Shown here: positions 1 through 11,407 of the stretch, in pieces
Layout: each line of letters begins with the position of its first letter
How positions within the stretch are numbered: position 1 is the stretch's first letter
From: Chthoniobacterales bacterium
GTDB taxonomy: Bacteria > Verrucomicrobiota > Verrucomicrobiia > Chthoniobacterales > Chthoniobacteraceae
NCBI GenBank assembly: GCA_038207335.1
Contig: JBBQZX010000006.1
Span: 64,001 to 128,000 of the forward strand
DNA length: 64,000 nt
Direction: 5' to 3'
The notes under the pieces: generated by a model
The model's database searches: none
What the model saw: only the letters and a program-made list of their open reading frames with translations
What the model was told of the DNA's origin: nothing
Translations under genes and position numbers: made by a program

Positions 1-534
1 ACCGGCACGACGCTGAACGTGAACGGCGTCATGCCCGCCAATGACGGCAACTACACGCTCGTCGCGACGAACACGGCAGGCGTCGTTTCGAGCAACGTCG
101 CGAAACTCTTGGTGACGCAGAATTTCTCGCAATGGGCCACAACTCAGGGCCTCACGGGCAACAACGCGCTGCCCGGTGCCGACCCCGATGGCGATGGGAT
201 CACGAACATTCAGGAGCTGTTCCATCACCTGAATCCAAACGCCGAGGCGGGCGCCTCGGACATGGACGCGCTGCCGAAAGTCGGCGTCGAGCCCGCGACC
301 GGCACACCTCAATACCTCACGCTCACCTATCGTACCAACCCGCGCGCGACCTTCATGCTCGTAGAGCACCAAATCTCCGCCACGCTCGGCAGTGGCACAT
401 GGACGACGCTAGCCCCCGACGTGATCGAACCGCTCGCGCCCGACCCCGCCACCGGCGACCCTCGCGTGCGCGTGAAATTCTCGATCCAGCCCGGCGACAC
501 AAAGAAATTCCTGCGACTGCAACTCACGCCGTAA
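1..534 (+). CDS. 3' end of a secreted Ig-domain protein with a Verrucomicrobia-type C-terminal domain (5'-truncated by window)
   Basis: Frame is open from base 1. It has an Ig I-set-like end (NDGNYTLVATNTAG), a DPDGDGxxNxxE Ca-binding-like motif and the terminal KKFLRLQLTP. Confidence 0.7.
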   Translation, partial: TGTTLNVNGVMPANDGNYTLVATNTAGVVSSNVAKLLVTQNFSQWATTQGLTGNNALPGADPDGDGITNIQELFHHLNPNAEAGASDMDALPKVGVEPATGTPQYLTLTYRTNPRATFMLVEHQISATLGSGTWTTLAPDVIEPLAPDPATGDPRVRVKFSIQPGDTKKFLRLQLTP

Positions 535-551
535 CTGGCGGGTCGCGCCAC

Positions 552-1982
552 CTACGCGATCAGCTCCTGCACGATATTTCCGTGCACATCGGTGAGGCGG
601 AAGTCGCGGCCGGCGTAGCGGTAAGTGAGTTTCTCGTGATCGAAGCCGAGAAGCCGCAGAATCGTGGCATGCAGGTCGTGGACGTGGACGGGTTTTTCAA
701 CTGCTTTGAATCCGAACTCGTCTGTTGCGCCGTGAACGTATCCGCCTTTCGCGCCGCCGCCTGCAAGCCATGTGGTGAAGCCGTAGTGGTTGTGATCGCG
801 GCCATTGATTTTGCCCGCGTTCGAGCCCGGCGTGGGCATCTCGACGGTCGGCGTGCGCCCGAATTCGCCGCCCCAAATCACGAGTGTTTCGTCGAGCATT
901 CCGCGCTGCTTGAGGTCTTTCAAAAGCGCGCCGATGCCCTGGTCGCACTCTTTCGCCAGCCGGCGGTGGTTCACCTCGATGTCGTCGTGCGAATCCCACG
1001 GCTGACCTTCGCCGTGCCAGACCTGCACGACACGCACGCCGCGCTCGATGAGTCGCCGCGCGATGAGGAGCTGCCGCGCCTGCGTGCCCGCGCCGTACAT
1101 GTCGCGGATGTGCTGCGGCTCCTTTGAGATATCGAACGCATCCGCGGCATCCATCTGCATCCGATACGCGAGTTCGAAAGACTGCACGCGCGACTCGAGT
1201 TGCGCGTCATTGGCGCGTCGTTGTGCGTGTTCGGCGTTGAGTTGCTGGAGCAAATCTAGCTGCTGCCGTTGCGCCGGCAGCGAGATGTGCGAGTTGCGGA
1301 TGTTCTCGATGAGCTTCTCGACCTCGGTGTGCTTCGTGTCGATGTAGGTGCCCTGGTAAACGCCGGGCAGGAACGCCGACTGCCAATTTTGCGACTCCTG
1401 AATCGGATACCCGCCGGGGCACATCGTGATGAAGCCCGGCATGTTTTGATTCACGCTGCCGAGCCCGTAAGTGAGCCACGAACCCATGCTGGGTCTTATT
1501 TGGCGGGCATCCCCGCAATTCATCAGCAGCAGCGACGGCTCGTGATTTGGCACGTCGGCCTGCATGGAGCGGATGACGCAGATATCGTCGATCGACTCCG
1601 CGGTTTTTGCAAAAAGCTCGCTCACTTCGATTCCGCTCTGCCCGTATTTTTGGAAGGTGAACGGCGATTTGAAAGCCGCGCCGGTTTTGCGCTCGGTCTT
1701 CAAATCTAGCGGCACGGCCTTGCCATGATACGCGGTGAGCTGCGGCTTCGGGTCGAAGGTATCGACGTGCGACGGCCCGCCATTCATGAAGAGGTGAATG
1801 ACGTTTTTGGCTTTCGCCGGAAGCGGCGGGAGCTTCGGCGCGAGGGGATTCAGCGACTCGGCGGCGTGCGAATTTCCAGCGAGAACGCTGCCCATCGCGA
1901 GCGCGCCAAAGCCCATGCCGCACCGCTGGAGAAAGTCGCGGCGGGTCAGGAAAAGGTGTTCGTGATCGAAGACGTGCGGCAT
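552..1982 (-). CDS. DUF1501 domain protein (PVC-typical, sulfatase-like fold)
   Basis: Twin-Arg-like TRRDFLQR; motifs LFMNGGPSHVDTFDPKP, WDSH, WGGEFGRTP, GRDH and HVHDLHAT are characteristic of DUF1501. Confidence 0.9.
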   Translation of the reverse strand: MPHVFDHEHLFLTRRDFLQRCGMGFGALAMGSVLAGNSHAAESLNPLAPKLPPLPAKAKNVIHLFMNGGPSHVDTFDPKPQLTAYHGKAVPLDLKTERKTGAAFKSPFTFQKYGQSGIEVSELFAKTAESIDDICVIRSMQADVPNHEPSLLLMNCGDARQIRPSMGSWLTYGLGSVNQNMPGFITMCPGGYPIQESQNWQSAFLPGVYQGTYIDTKHTEVEKLIENIRNSHISLPAQRQQLDLLQQLNAEHAQRRANDAQLESRVQSFELAYRMQMDAADAFDISKEPQHIRDMYGAGTQARQLLIARRLIERGVRVVQVWHGEGQPWDSHDDIEVNHRRLAKECDQGIGALLKDLKQRGMLDETLVIWGGEFGRTPTVEMPTPGSNAGKINGRDHNHYGFTTWLAGGGAKGGYVHGATDEFGFKAVEKPVHVHDLHATILRLLGFDHEKLTYRYAGRDFRLTDVHGNIVQELIA

Positions 1983-2108
1983 GTGCGTCGGGGATAACCT
2001 AGCACGGCGTGGGAAAATTAGCGGGGCGGAAACGCGGAAAGATTTTCCGAGGAGCGTGCGGGACGGCTCCCCGGTGTGTGGACCGAGCGCACATGGTGCT
2101 CAGGCAGA

Positions 2109-3758
2109 CTACGCGGCTGGCATCGGAAAGGGCCTTGAAGAAGGCAGCGGAGTGTCGCTTTTCTCGACCCGATCGGAGGGATATGCGACGCGGCTGTGCA
2201 TCATGCTTTGCAGCGTGAATTTAAAGCTCTCGGAGATGACCTCGAGTTCGCGCAGCGTGATGTCGCAGTCTTTGAGCTGACCGTCCATGATCCGCTTTTC
2301 GATGAGGCTCGAGATGAGTGCGTCGAGCTTTTGCGGGGTGACGCGCTCAAGGCTGCGCGACGCGCTTTCGATGCAGTCGGCGAGGCTGATGATCCCGCAT
2401 TCCTTTGTTTGCGGGCGCGGGCCACCGTATCGGAAACTTTCCTCGCGCACCTCGGGGATGTCCTCCTCGCGGATGTTCATGATTTTCCCGCCGGCGCGTG
2501 CGTCCTCCTGCTGCTGGATCGCGCGTTTGTAAAAATAGAAGACGAGCGAGGTGCCGTGGTGCTGCTGGATGATGTCGATGATCTGCTGGTTGAGCCCGTG
2601 CTTGAGCGCGAGATCCACGCCTTCCTTCACATGCGCGATGATGACGAGCGCGCTCATGGTCGGCGCGAGTTCGTCGTGCGGATTGCGGTCGTGCCGCATG
2701 TTTTCGGTGAAATACTCGGGTTTCACGAGCTTCCCGATGTCGTGAAAAAGCGAGCCAACACGGGCCATCGTGGCGTTTGCGCCGACGGCCTCGGCGGCGG
2801 CTTCGGCGAGGTTCGCGACGACGAGGCTGTGATGATAGGTGCCGGGCGCCTCGATGGTCATGCGCTTGAGCAGCGGGTGATTCAGGTCGGCGAGCTCGAG
2901 CCATTTGATGTCGGTTGTGACGCCGAAGAGCGTCTCGCAGACCGGGATGATCCCGCCGCCGACGATGAACGCGACGACGATCGGCGTGCCGATCGCGACG
3001 AGACTCTGCCAGCCAATCATCTGCCACGTGTTAGACGACCCGGCGGAGCCGAATGCGAATGGCAGTGGGCCGATCCACACAAACAAAAGCGCGAGCACCC
3101 AAGTCGCGATACCGACGAAAAATCCGGCGCGAATGAGCCGGCTGCGGCGGCGCACCTGCTGCGTGACGAAGACCGCGATGAAGCCAGTGATGAGGCTGAT
3201 GACCAGGAATTTCGCATCCAGCGCGCGGTAGATGATCGCGCCCCACATGCTCACGAAAACGGCGGCGAAGGTTCCGTGATTTTTCCCGAGCAGCACCGAG
3301 AGTGTCAGCGGCGCGAGCGCGAACGGGACGGCGAGTTTCCAGAGCTGCATTCGCTCGGCGGAGCTAAACTCCGTGATGGCGGAAAGACCGGCGCGGCGCA
3401 CCTGCGAGTCGGAGGTGACGAGCACGAGCTTCACTGCGGCGAGATGCAGCAGGAAGACCGCGAACATCAGGAGCAGGCGTGAATTTTGACGCCATGTCGC
3501 GGGATGATTGATCCAGAGCTGCGCGAGCGCGGTGAGGAAAATGAGGAGGCCGATGAGCGCGCGCTCGGCGGGCTGCTTCCACGAGTCGGAGTAAATGATC
3601 GCCCACAGGCCGAGCATGAAGCCGATAAAGATCGCGAGCTTCGCGCCGTCGCCGAACTCGAGCGTCTGGAAGAGTTCGCTCTCGGTGCGGCGGCGGCGGA
3701 GCTTGGAGCAAGCGAAGCCTTTCTTGACGAGGCGCTGGCGGTCGAAAATTCCGAACAT
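2109..3758 (-). CDS. 7TM-HDIG membrane HD-domain phosphohydrolase (PgpH-like, putative c-di-AMP phosphodiesterase)
   Basis: Multiple TM helices followed by LELADLNHPLL, APGTYHHS, HDIGK, HV, HHGT and FRYxGPxPQTKE...LAD motifs. Confidence 0.85.
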   Translation of the reverse strand: MFGIFDRQRLVKKGFACSKLRRRRTESELFQTLEFGDGAKLAIFIGFMLGLWAIIYSDSWKQPAERALIGLLIFLTALAQLWINHPATWRQNSRLLLMFAVFLLHLAAVKLVLVTSDSQVRRAGLSAITEFSSAERMQLWKLAVPFALAPLTLSVLLGKNHGTFAAVFVSMWGAIIYRALDAKFLVISLITGFIAVFVTQQVRRRSRLIRAGFFVGIATWVLALLFVWIGPLPFAFGSAGSSNTWQMIGWQSLVAIGTPIVVAFIVGGGIIPVCETLFGVTTDIKWLELADLNHPLLKRMTIEAPGTYHHSLVVANLAEAAAEAVGANATMARVGSLFHDIGKLVKPEYFTENMRHDRNPHDELAPTMSALVIIAHVKEGVDLALKHGLNQQIIDIIQQHHGTSLVFYFYKRAIQQQEDARAGGKIMNIREEDIPEVREESFRYGGPRPQTKECGIISLADCIESASRSLERVTPQKLDALISSLIEKRIMDGQLKDCDITLRELEVISESFKFTLQSMMHSRVAYPSDRVEKSDTPLPSSRPFPMPAA

Positions 3759-3842
3759 AGGCAGCCGGAAACCTCTGCCGCCGGTGCAGTTTTATCAATG
3801 ATTTCCTCGCGGGCCTGTGCCACACATTCGCGTCCTCCCACC

Positions 3843-5339
3843 ATGATTCAAAACATCCTAGTCCTCGGCTCCGGCAGCGCCGGCTTGCTCGCCGCCATTT
3901 CTCTCAAGATCAAAATCCCGCAGCTCGCGGTTCGCATCGTGCGGAGCCCGGAGATCGGGGTGATCGGCGTGGGCGAGGGAACGACTCCGAATTTCCCGCG
4001 CCATCTTTTCGAATATCTCGGGATCAGCCGCCGCGATTTTTACCGCCTAGCGGAGCCGACTTGGAAGCTCGGCATCCGCTTCCTGTGGGGGCCGCGCGAG
4101 AGTTTCGATTACGGTTTTGCGCTTCAGCTCGACTCGCACTGGACGGATTTGCCGAGGCCGAATGGCTACTATTGCGACGACGATTTTCGCGACGCGAATG
4201 TGCCGGCGGCGATGATGTCGCACGGCAAAGTTTTCGCGCAGCAGCCGAATGGCGGCGGGCCGGATGTGCAGCCGTGGCACGCGTTTCACATAGAAAATAA
4301 GAAGTTCGTCGAGGTGCTGGAGCTGGTCGCGAAGAAGGTCGGTGTCGAGATCACGGATGGGAAAGTGAGTGGCAGTGAGCGCGGACCGCATGGGGTCGCG
4401 GCGGTTATTCTCGATGACGGGCGCCGGCTGGAGGCGGACTTTTTCATCGATGCGAGCGGCTTCCGCAGCGAGTTGCTGGGCAAGGCGCTGGAGGAACCGT
4501 TCGTCGCGTTCGACCGCTCGCTTTTCTGCGACCGCGCGGTGGTCGGCGGCTGGGATCGCACGGACGAACCGATCCTCCCCTACACGACCGCGGAGACGAT
4601 GGATGCGGGCTGGTCGTGGCAGATCGAGCATGAGCATCACATCAATCGCGGATACGTCTATTCGTCGCAGCACACGTCGGACGACGAGGCGTGCGCGGAA
4701 TTTCAGCGCAAAAATCCGAAGGTGCCTGCCGACCTGCGCGTCGTGAAATTTCGCTCGGGCCGGCGGCAGCGGTTGTGGGTGGATAATGTCGTCGCGATCG
4801 GGAATTCGGGCGGATTCGTGGAGCCGCTGGAGGCGACATCGCTCATGGTCGTCTGCTCGGAGACGCAGACGCTCATCGACATGCTGCAGCATTGCGCGCT
4901 GACGCCAACGCCGACGATGCGTCAGCTTTTCAACAACGTGACCTCGCGGACGTGGGACGAAATCCGCGACTTTCTCGCGCTGCACTACAAGCTGAACACG
5001 CGGCTCGACACGCCGTTCTGGAAGATGTGCCGCGAGGACACGGACGTGTCGGGCATCAAGCCGCTGCTCGACTTCTATGGCGAAAATGGGCCGACGGGAT
5101 TTGCGCGGCACACTCTGCGGAGCACGGACACGGATTTCGGGATCGAGGGCTATCTCGTGATGCTCGTGGGGAATCAGTATCCTTATAGCGGGCGGCATGT
5201 CGCGCAGCCTGAGGAGGTGGTGAAATGGAACGCGCACCGCGCGCGTTTCGCCGCGGAAGCGAAGAACGGGCTGACGGTGAAGGAAGCCCTCGCTTACGTG
5301 CGGCACCCCGGCTGGCGCTGGCATGGGGAGCCAGCGTGA
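3843..5339 (+). CDS. Tryptophan halogenase-family flavin-dependent halogenase
   Basis: GSGSAG Rossmann motif, IGVGEGT, catalytic-Lys region TWKLGIRF, DASG, WSWQI (WxWxIP-like) and GFVEPLEAT. Start placed at ATG 3843 (MIQNILVLG). Confidence 0.85.
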   Translation: MIQNILVLGSGSAGLLAAISLKIKIPQLAVRIVRSPEIGVIGVGEGTTPNFPRHLFEYLGISRRDFYRLAEPTWKLGIRFLWGPRESFDYGFALQLDSHWTDLPRPNGYYCDDDFRDANVPAAMMSHGKVFAQQPNGGGPDVQPWHAFHIENKKFVEVLELVAKKVGVEITDGKVSGSERGPHGVAAVILDDGRRLEADFFIDASGFRSELLGKALEEPFVAFDRSLFCDRAVVGGWDRTDEPILPYTTAETMDAGWSWQIEHEHHINRGYVYSSQHTSDDEACAEFQRKNPKVPADLRVVKFRSGRRQRLWVDNVVAIGNSGGFVEPLEATSLMVVCSETQTLIDMLQHCALTPTPTMRQLFNNVTSRTWDEIRDFLALHYKLNTRLDTPFWKMCREDTDVSGIKPLLDFYGENGPTGFARHTLRSTDTDFGIEGYLVMLVGNQYPYSGRHVAQPEEVVKWNAHRARFAAEAKNGLTVKEALAYVRHPGWRWHGEPA

Positions 5340-5342
5340 GAC

Positions 5343-6758
5343 TCAAACCCCTTCGGTCGATCCGACGATGCGGAGCTGGACGGTGTCGAGGCGTTCTTCA
5401 CCGACGTAGATGTAGCTGACGATGACGAGGCGGTCGCCGTCGGTGACGAGTTTTCTCTGAACGAGGAAGTCTTGCGCGGCGGCGATGGTGCGGAGTGGGT
5501 TGGCGTCGAAGGGGATGGAGAATGGGACGAGGCCCCAATTTAGCACTGCGCGGCGGCACAGCTCGAAGGTCGGCGCGAAGCAGTAGATGGGAGCGTCGGG
5601 GCGCAGATTCGAGACGAAATCGGGCATGACTCCGCGCCGGGTGAAGATCACAAGCTTTGAGCCGGGCAGGGAATTGGCGAGGACGACCGCGGCCTGGACG
5701 GTTTTCTCGCGGTCGCGCTCGAGGATCGCTTCCTTTGCATAGCCCGCGCCGCCGCTCTGCTCGATGCGGCGCGCGACTCGGTCGAATACGCGGACGCATT
5801 CGGCGGGATATTTTCCCACCGTCGTTTCTCCGCTGAGCATGATCGCGTCGGCCTGCTCGAAGACGGCGTTGGCGACGTCGGTGACTTCGGCGCGCGTCGG
5901 GACAGGGCTGGAGATCATCGACTCGAGCATGTGCGTGGCGACGATGACGGGGCGTCCGAGGATGAGGCACCGCTTCACGATCATGCGCTGGATGATCGGC
6001 AGCTCCTCCATCGCGCACTCGATCCCCAGATCCCCGCGCGCCACCATGATGATATCCGTGCGCTCGATGATCGAGTCGATGTTTTTGACGGCGAGCTGGT
6101 CTTCGATTTTCGCGACGATGCGCGCCGTGCTGCTGTGGGAGTGCAGGACTTTCCGCAGTTCATCGACGTCGCTCGCTTCTCGGCAAAAGCTGAGCGCGAC
6201 GAAATCGACGCCGACCTCGCAGCCGACTGCGACATCGGCGAGGTCTTTCTCGGTGAGCGGAGGGAGGTTGACGCGAACGCCGGGGAGATTGATGTGGCGG
6301 CGCGAGCCCATGACGCCTGCGGTGAGGACTTCGCAACGGATGCGAACGCCGGATTTGGCGAGCACCTTCATGTGGATCATGCCGTTATCGACGAGGACGA
6401 CGTCGCCCACCGAGATGTCATCGACGAGCCCGTCGTAATTCACATCGACGCTGCGCTCTTCCTCACTCTGTGCGCCGCGGACGGTGAACTCGAAGATGTC
6501 GCCGGCCTTCAGGTCGAGCTTGGTGGGCAGGTCCCCGGTGCGGATGGCCGGCCCCTGCGTGTCCATGAGGATGCCGACGATAACGTCGAGCTCTTTGGCG
6601 ATGGCGCGGATGCGGGGGACAATGACGCGGACCCAATCGTGCGTGGCGTGGCTCATGTTGAGCCGGAAGACGTTCGCCCCTGCGGCGATCATCTCGTGCA
6701 GCACCTCGGCCGATTCAGTCGCGGGCCCGAGCGTGCAGATGATTTTCGTTTTGCGCAT
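5343..6758 (-). CDS. pyk: Pyruvate kinase
   Basis: MRKTKIICTLGPAT, RLNMSH, AKIE, MVARGDLG, ATHMLESM, PTRAEVTDVANA and MLSGET. Confidence 0.97.
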   Translation of the reverse strand: MRKTKIICTLGPATESAEVLHEMIAAGANVFRLNMSHATHDWVRVIVPRIRAIAKELDVIVGILMDTQGPAIRTGDLPTKLDLKAGDIFEFTVRGAQSEEERSVDVNYDGLVDDISVGDVVLVDNGMIHMKVLAKSGVRIRCEVLTAGVMGSRRHINLPGVRVNLPPLTEKDLADVAVGCEVGVDFVALSFCREASDVDELRKVLHSHSSTARIVAKIEDQLAVKNIDSIIERTDIIMVARGDLGIECAMEELPIIQRMIVKRCLILGRPVIVATHMLESMISSPVPTRAEVTDVANAVFEQADAIMLSGETTVGKYPAECVRVFDRVARRIEQSGGAGYAKEAILERDREKTVQAAVVLANSLPGSKLVIFTRRGVMPDFVSNLRPDAPIYCFAPTFELCRRAVLNWGLVPFSIPFDANPLRTIAAAQDFLVQRKLVTDGDRLVIVSYIYVGEERLDTVQLRIVGSTEGV

Positions 6759-6851
6759 GGCGAGTTGAAGCAAGCGCGGCACGGGAAGGCAAGCAAACAC
6801 AAGGCTTCCGGGCAATTTGCTTGCCGACCACGGGCTCGACTGATGGCTGCG

Positions 6852-9134
<2,283 letters not shown>

Positions 9135-9390
9135 TTTTAAAAAAAGAGTGCCGCGCCCACATCGGAGCGCGCGTGGTTTTTGGCCGCGCGGAAGAAACTG
9201 CCGCACCGCCCGGATGTCGAGCCCAGGCTCCCCCGACCTAGCACTAAATGCATCGCGACGTCGCTAAGCGGCTTTCCGGCAAAAGCGCGTGGCTGCTCGC
9301 CGCCTGTCGTTGCTCTTGCTTGCGCCTGAGTCGGATGATGCCGCGCAGTTCAGACGGCTGCGCAGAGGCGCAGATGCGATTCGTCTGTCT

Positions 9391-9639
9391 ATGTCCGATC
9401 CACGAAACGTCGCCCACGACAAAAAGGTCCTGCAGGAAAAGAAGCATCACGGAGAAGACCCGGCAGCGGGCGCCGTGGCAGATGTCGTGCAGCCCGGCAA
9501 AAAGCCGGAAATGAAGCACGAGGAGGAGCACCAGGATCCTGCGACTGAGCGCGCGGAGGAGGCGGTGCAGGCGGCTGAGGACGTGAAGGAAGCCGTCGAG
9601 TCCCACGCGGAGAAAACAGACATTCACAAGCGGTCGTGA
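9391..9639 (+). CDS. Small highly charged hydrophilic hypothetical protein (82 aa)
   Basis: ATG start, E/K/H/D/A-rich sequence with typical GC-rich codon usage; fills the gap between glgX and the DoxX-like gene. Confidence 0.55.
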   Translation: MSDPRNVAHDKKVLQEKKHHGEDPAAGAVADVVQPGKKPEMKHEEEHQDPATERAEEAVQAAEDVKEAVESHAEKTDIHKRS

Positions 9640-9687
9640 ATTGCTGCGCCGTACGGCTCCGGCGGGGCGACCTGAGATTTTGAAGCC

Positions 9688-10119
9688 ATGACTGCCGCAT
9701 TCGAGCCGCCCGGACGTCTTCCGGTTGCACTGCTGTTGCTTCGCTGCAGTGTGTTTCTCGTGATGGTGATGTGGACGGCGGACAAATTCATCCACTCAGA
9801 CCACGCAGTGAAAGTTTACGAGAAGTACTATTTCCTCTCGGGCATCGGGATCACAACGATGTTCGTCGTCGGCGGGCTCGAGATTCTGCTGTTGCTGGCA
9901 TTTCTTGCCGGCGTTTGGAGGCGCGTGAGCTACGGCCTCGTGACACTCATCCACGCAGTCTCCACGTTCTCTGCATTCAAAATGTATCTCACGCCAGGCG
10001 AGCCGTATCACCTTCTCTTCTTCGCCGCGTGGCCGATGCTCGCGGCCTGCGTCGCGCTCTATCTGCTGCGCGAGCACGACACGCTTTTTACTTTCAACTC
10101 ACCGCCCAGCGTTTCGTGA
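9688..10119 (+). CDS. DoxX-family membrane protein
   Basis: About 4 TM helices with LLLLR...W..DK and G.LE patterns typical of DoxX. Confidence 0.7.
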   Translation: MTAAFEPPGRLPVALLLLRCSVFLVMVMWTADKFIHSDHAVKVYEKYYFLSGIGITTMFVVGGLEILLLLAFLAGVWRRVSYGLVTLIHAVSTFSAFKMYLTPGEPYHLLFFAAWPMLAACVALYLLREHDTLFTFNSPPSVS

Positions 10120-10229
10120 AAAGCACAATCCGCGGGTTTTCCGCGGCTACGTCTGATTTGCTTGAACCTGCCTCTGTCGCGGCGTAGTTGAATGCATCCG
10201 CGGTTTCTTGACCGCGGTTCGAGCAACAT

Positions 10230-10317
10230 GGAGGGGTGGCAGAGTGGTCGATCGCGCCGGTCTTGAAAACCGGAGAGCCGCAAGGTTCCGTGGGTTCGAA
10301 TCCCACCCCCTCCGCCA
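10230..10317 (+). tRNA. tRNA-Ser(TGA)
   Basis: Acceptor stem GGAGGGG/CCCCTCC, anticodon arm CCGGT-CTTGAAA-ACCGG, long variable arm, GTTCGAATC T-loop, encoded CCA. Confidence 0.97.
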
Positions 10318-10322
10318 GTTTT

Positions 10323-11300
10323 CTAAATCTCCAAGGCACTATCCGAAGGTCGCTCCCGCCTCGTGATCCCATCTGCGATGCTTCGCGAACGGGGTGATTT
10401 GCCTTTGCGTGCGGGCCAGCCTTCGCGCTGCGTCGTGCGATCGCCGTCGGAATCCTCGGTTTGGTCGTGGAAAAGGACTTGCTGTGTGGGGAAGGGGAGA
10501 TCGATCCCATTTTCCACGAGTGCTTTTTTCGCCGCCTCGAGCACGAGATCGACGGAGTGCACGACTTCGCTGCGTTTCGGCGGATTGATCCACCAGCGGG
10601 CGCGCAGATTCACCGAGCTGCCCGCGAGTTCCGTCACGAGCACCTCAGGCGCCGGATCGTCGAGGACCTCGGGCGCGTTGCGCATGACATTCATGATGAT
10701 CTCCTTCGCTTTGGCGATGTCGTCGCCGTATCCGATGCCGATGTCGTATTGCATCCTGCGCGAGGGGTATGCCGTGTTTACGATCACGGGGTTTGAGAAA
10801 AGTTGACTGTTTGGGATCACCACGCGCCGCCCGTCGTACGTGCGGATCATGGTGGCGCGCGTTTGGATCGATTCAACATTTCCCTCGAAATCGCCCATCT
10901 TGATCTGGTCGCCGATCTCAAACGGCTGATTCCAGAGGATCAAAATACCAGCGAGAAAATTCTGGAGGATGTCGCGAAAAGCGAAACCGATGGCGACGCT
11001 GGTGATGCCGAGGAAATCGACGAGTTGCGCAGGCTTGAAGGTGGGCAGTGCGATTACCAGCGAGATAAGCAGGCCGAGGAAAACCATGACCGCTTGGGCG
11101 AGCCGGCCCATAAGAAGACCGATATTCCGATGCCGCTTCCTGCGTTGCGCGACGTTACGGATGAGCGCTCGCACGCCTTTCGCTGCAAAGTAAAACGCAA
11201 AGAACACCAATAACGCGAGGACGATGTAAGGCAGGCGCAGGTAGAACCCGTCGCCCATTTCCCTGACTCCTTTGAGCGATTCGCCAAAATTGAAATTCAT
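10323..11300 (-). CDS. MscS-family mechanosensitive channel
   Basis: Three TM helices, then VAIGFAFRDILQNFLAG, PFEIGD.I, G.VE.I..R.T, IPNS and I.LPFP motifs. Confidence 0.92.
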   Translation of the reverse strand: MNFNFGESLKGVREMGDGFYLRLPYIVLALLVFFAFYFAAKGVRALIRNVAQRRKRHRNIGLLMGRLAQAVMVFLGLLISLVIALPTFKPAQLVDFLGITSVAIGFAFRDILQNFLAGILILWNQPFEIGDQIKMGDFEGNVESIQTRATMIRTYDGRRVVIPNSQLFSNPVIVNTAYPSRRMQYDIGIGYGDDIAKAKEIIMNVMRNAPEVLDDPAPEVLVTELAGSSVNLRARWWINPPKRSEVVHSVDLVLEAAKKALVENGIDLPFPTQQVLFHDQTEDSDGDRTTQREGWPARKGKSPRSRSIADGITRRERPSDSALEI

Positions 11301-11407
11301 ACCGGGGCATCGGCGCTCGCTCTTCGCTCGCTCCCATATTCCAAGCGAAAAGCCGTTGTCCGCTCAAATCGCACATGCCGCGCGATTCCTCCCCAGCCAC
11401 TCCACCC

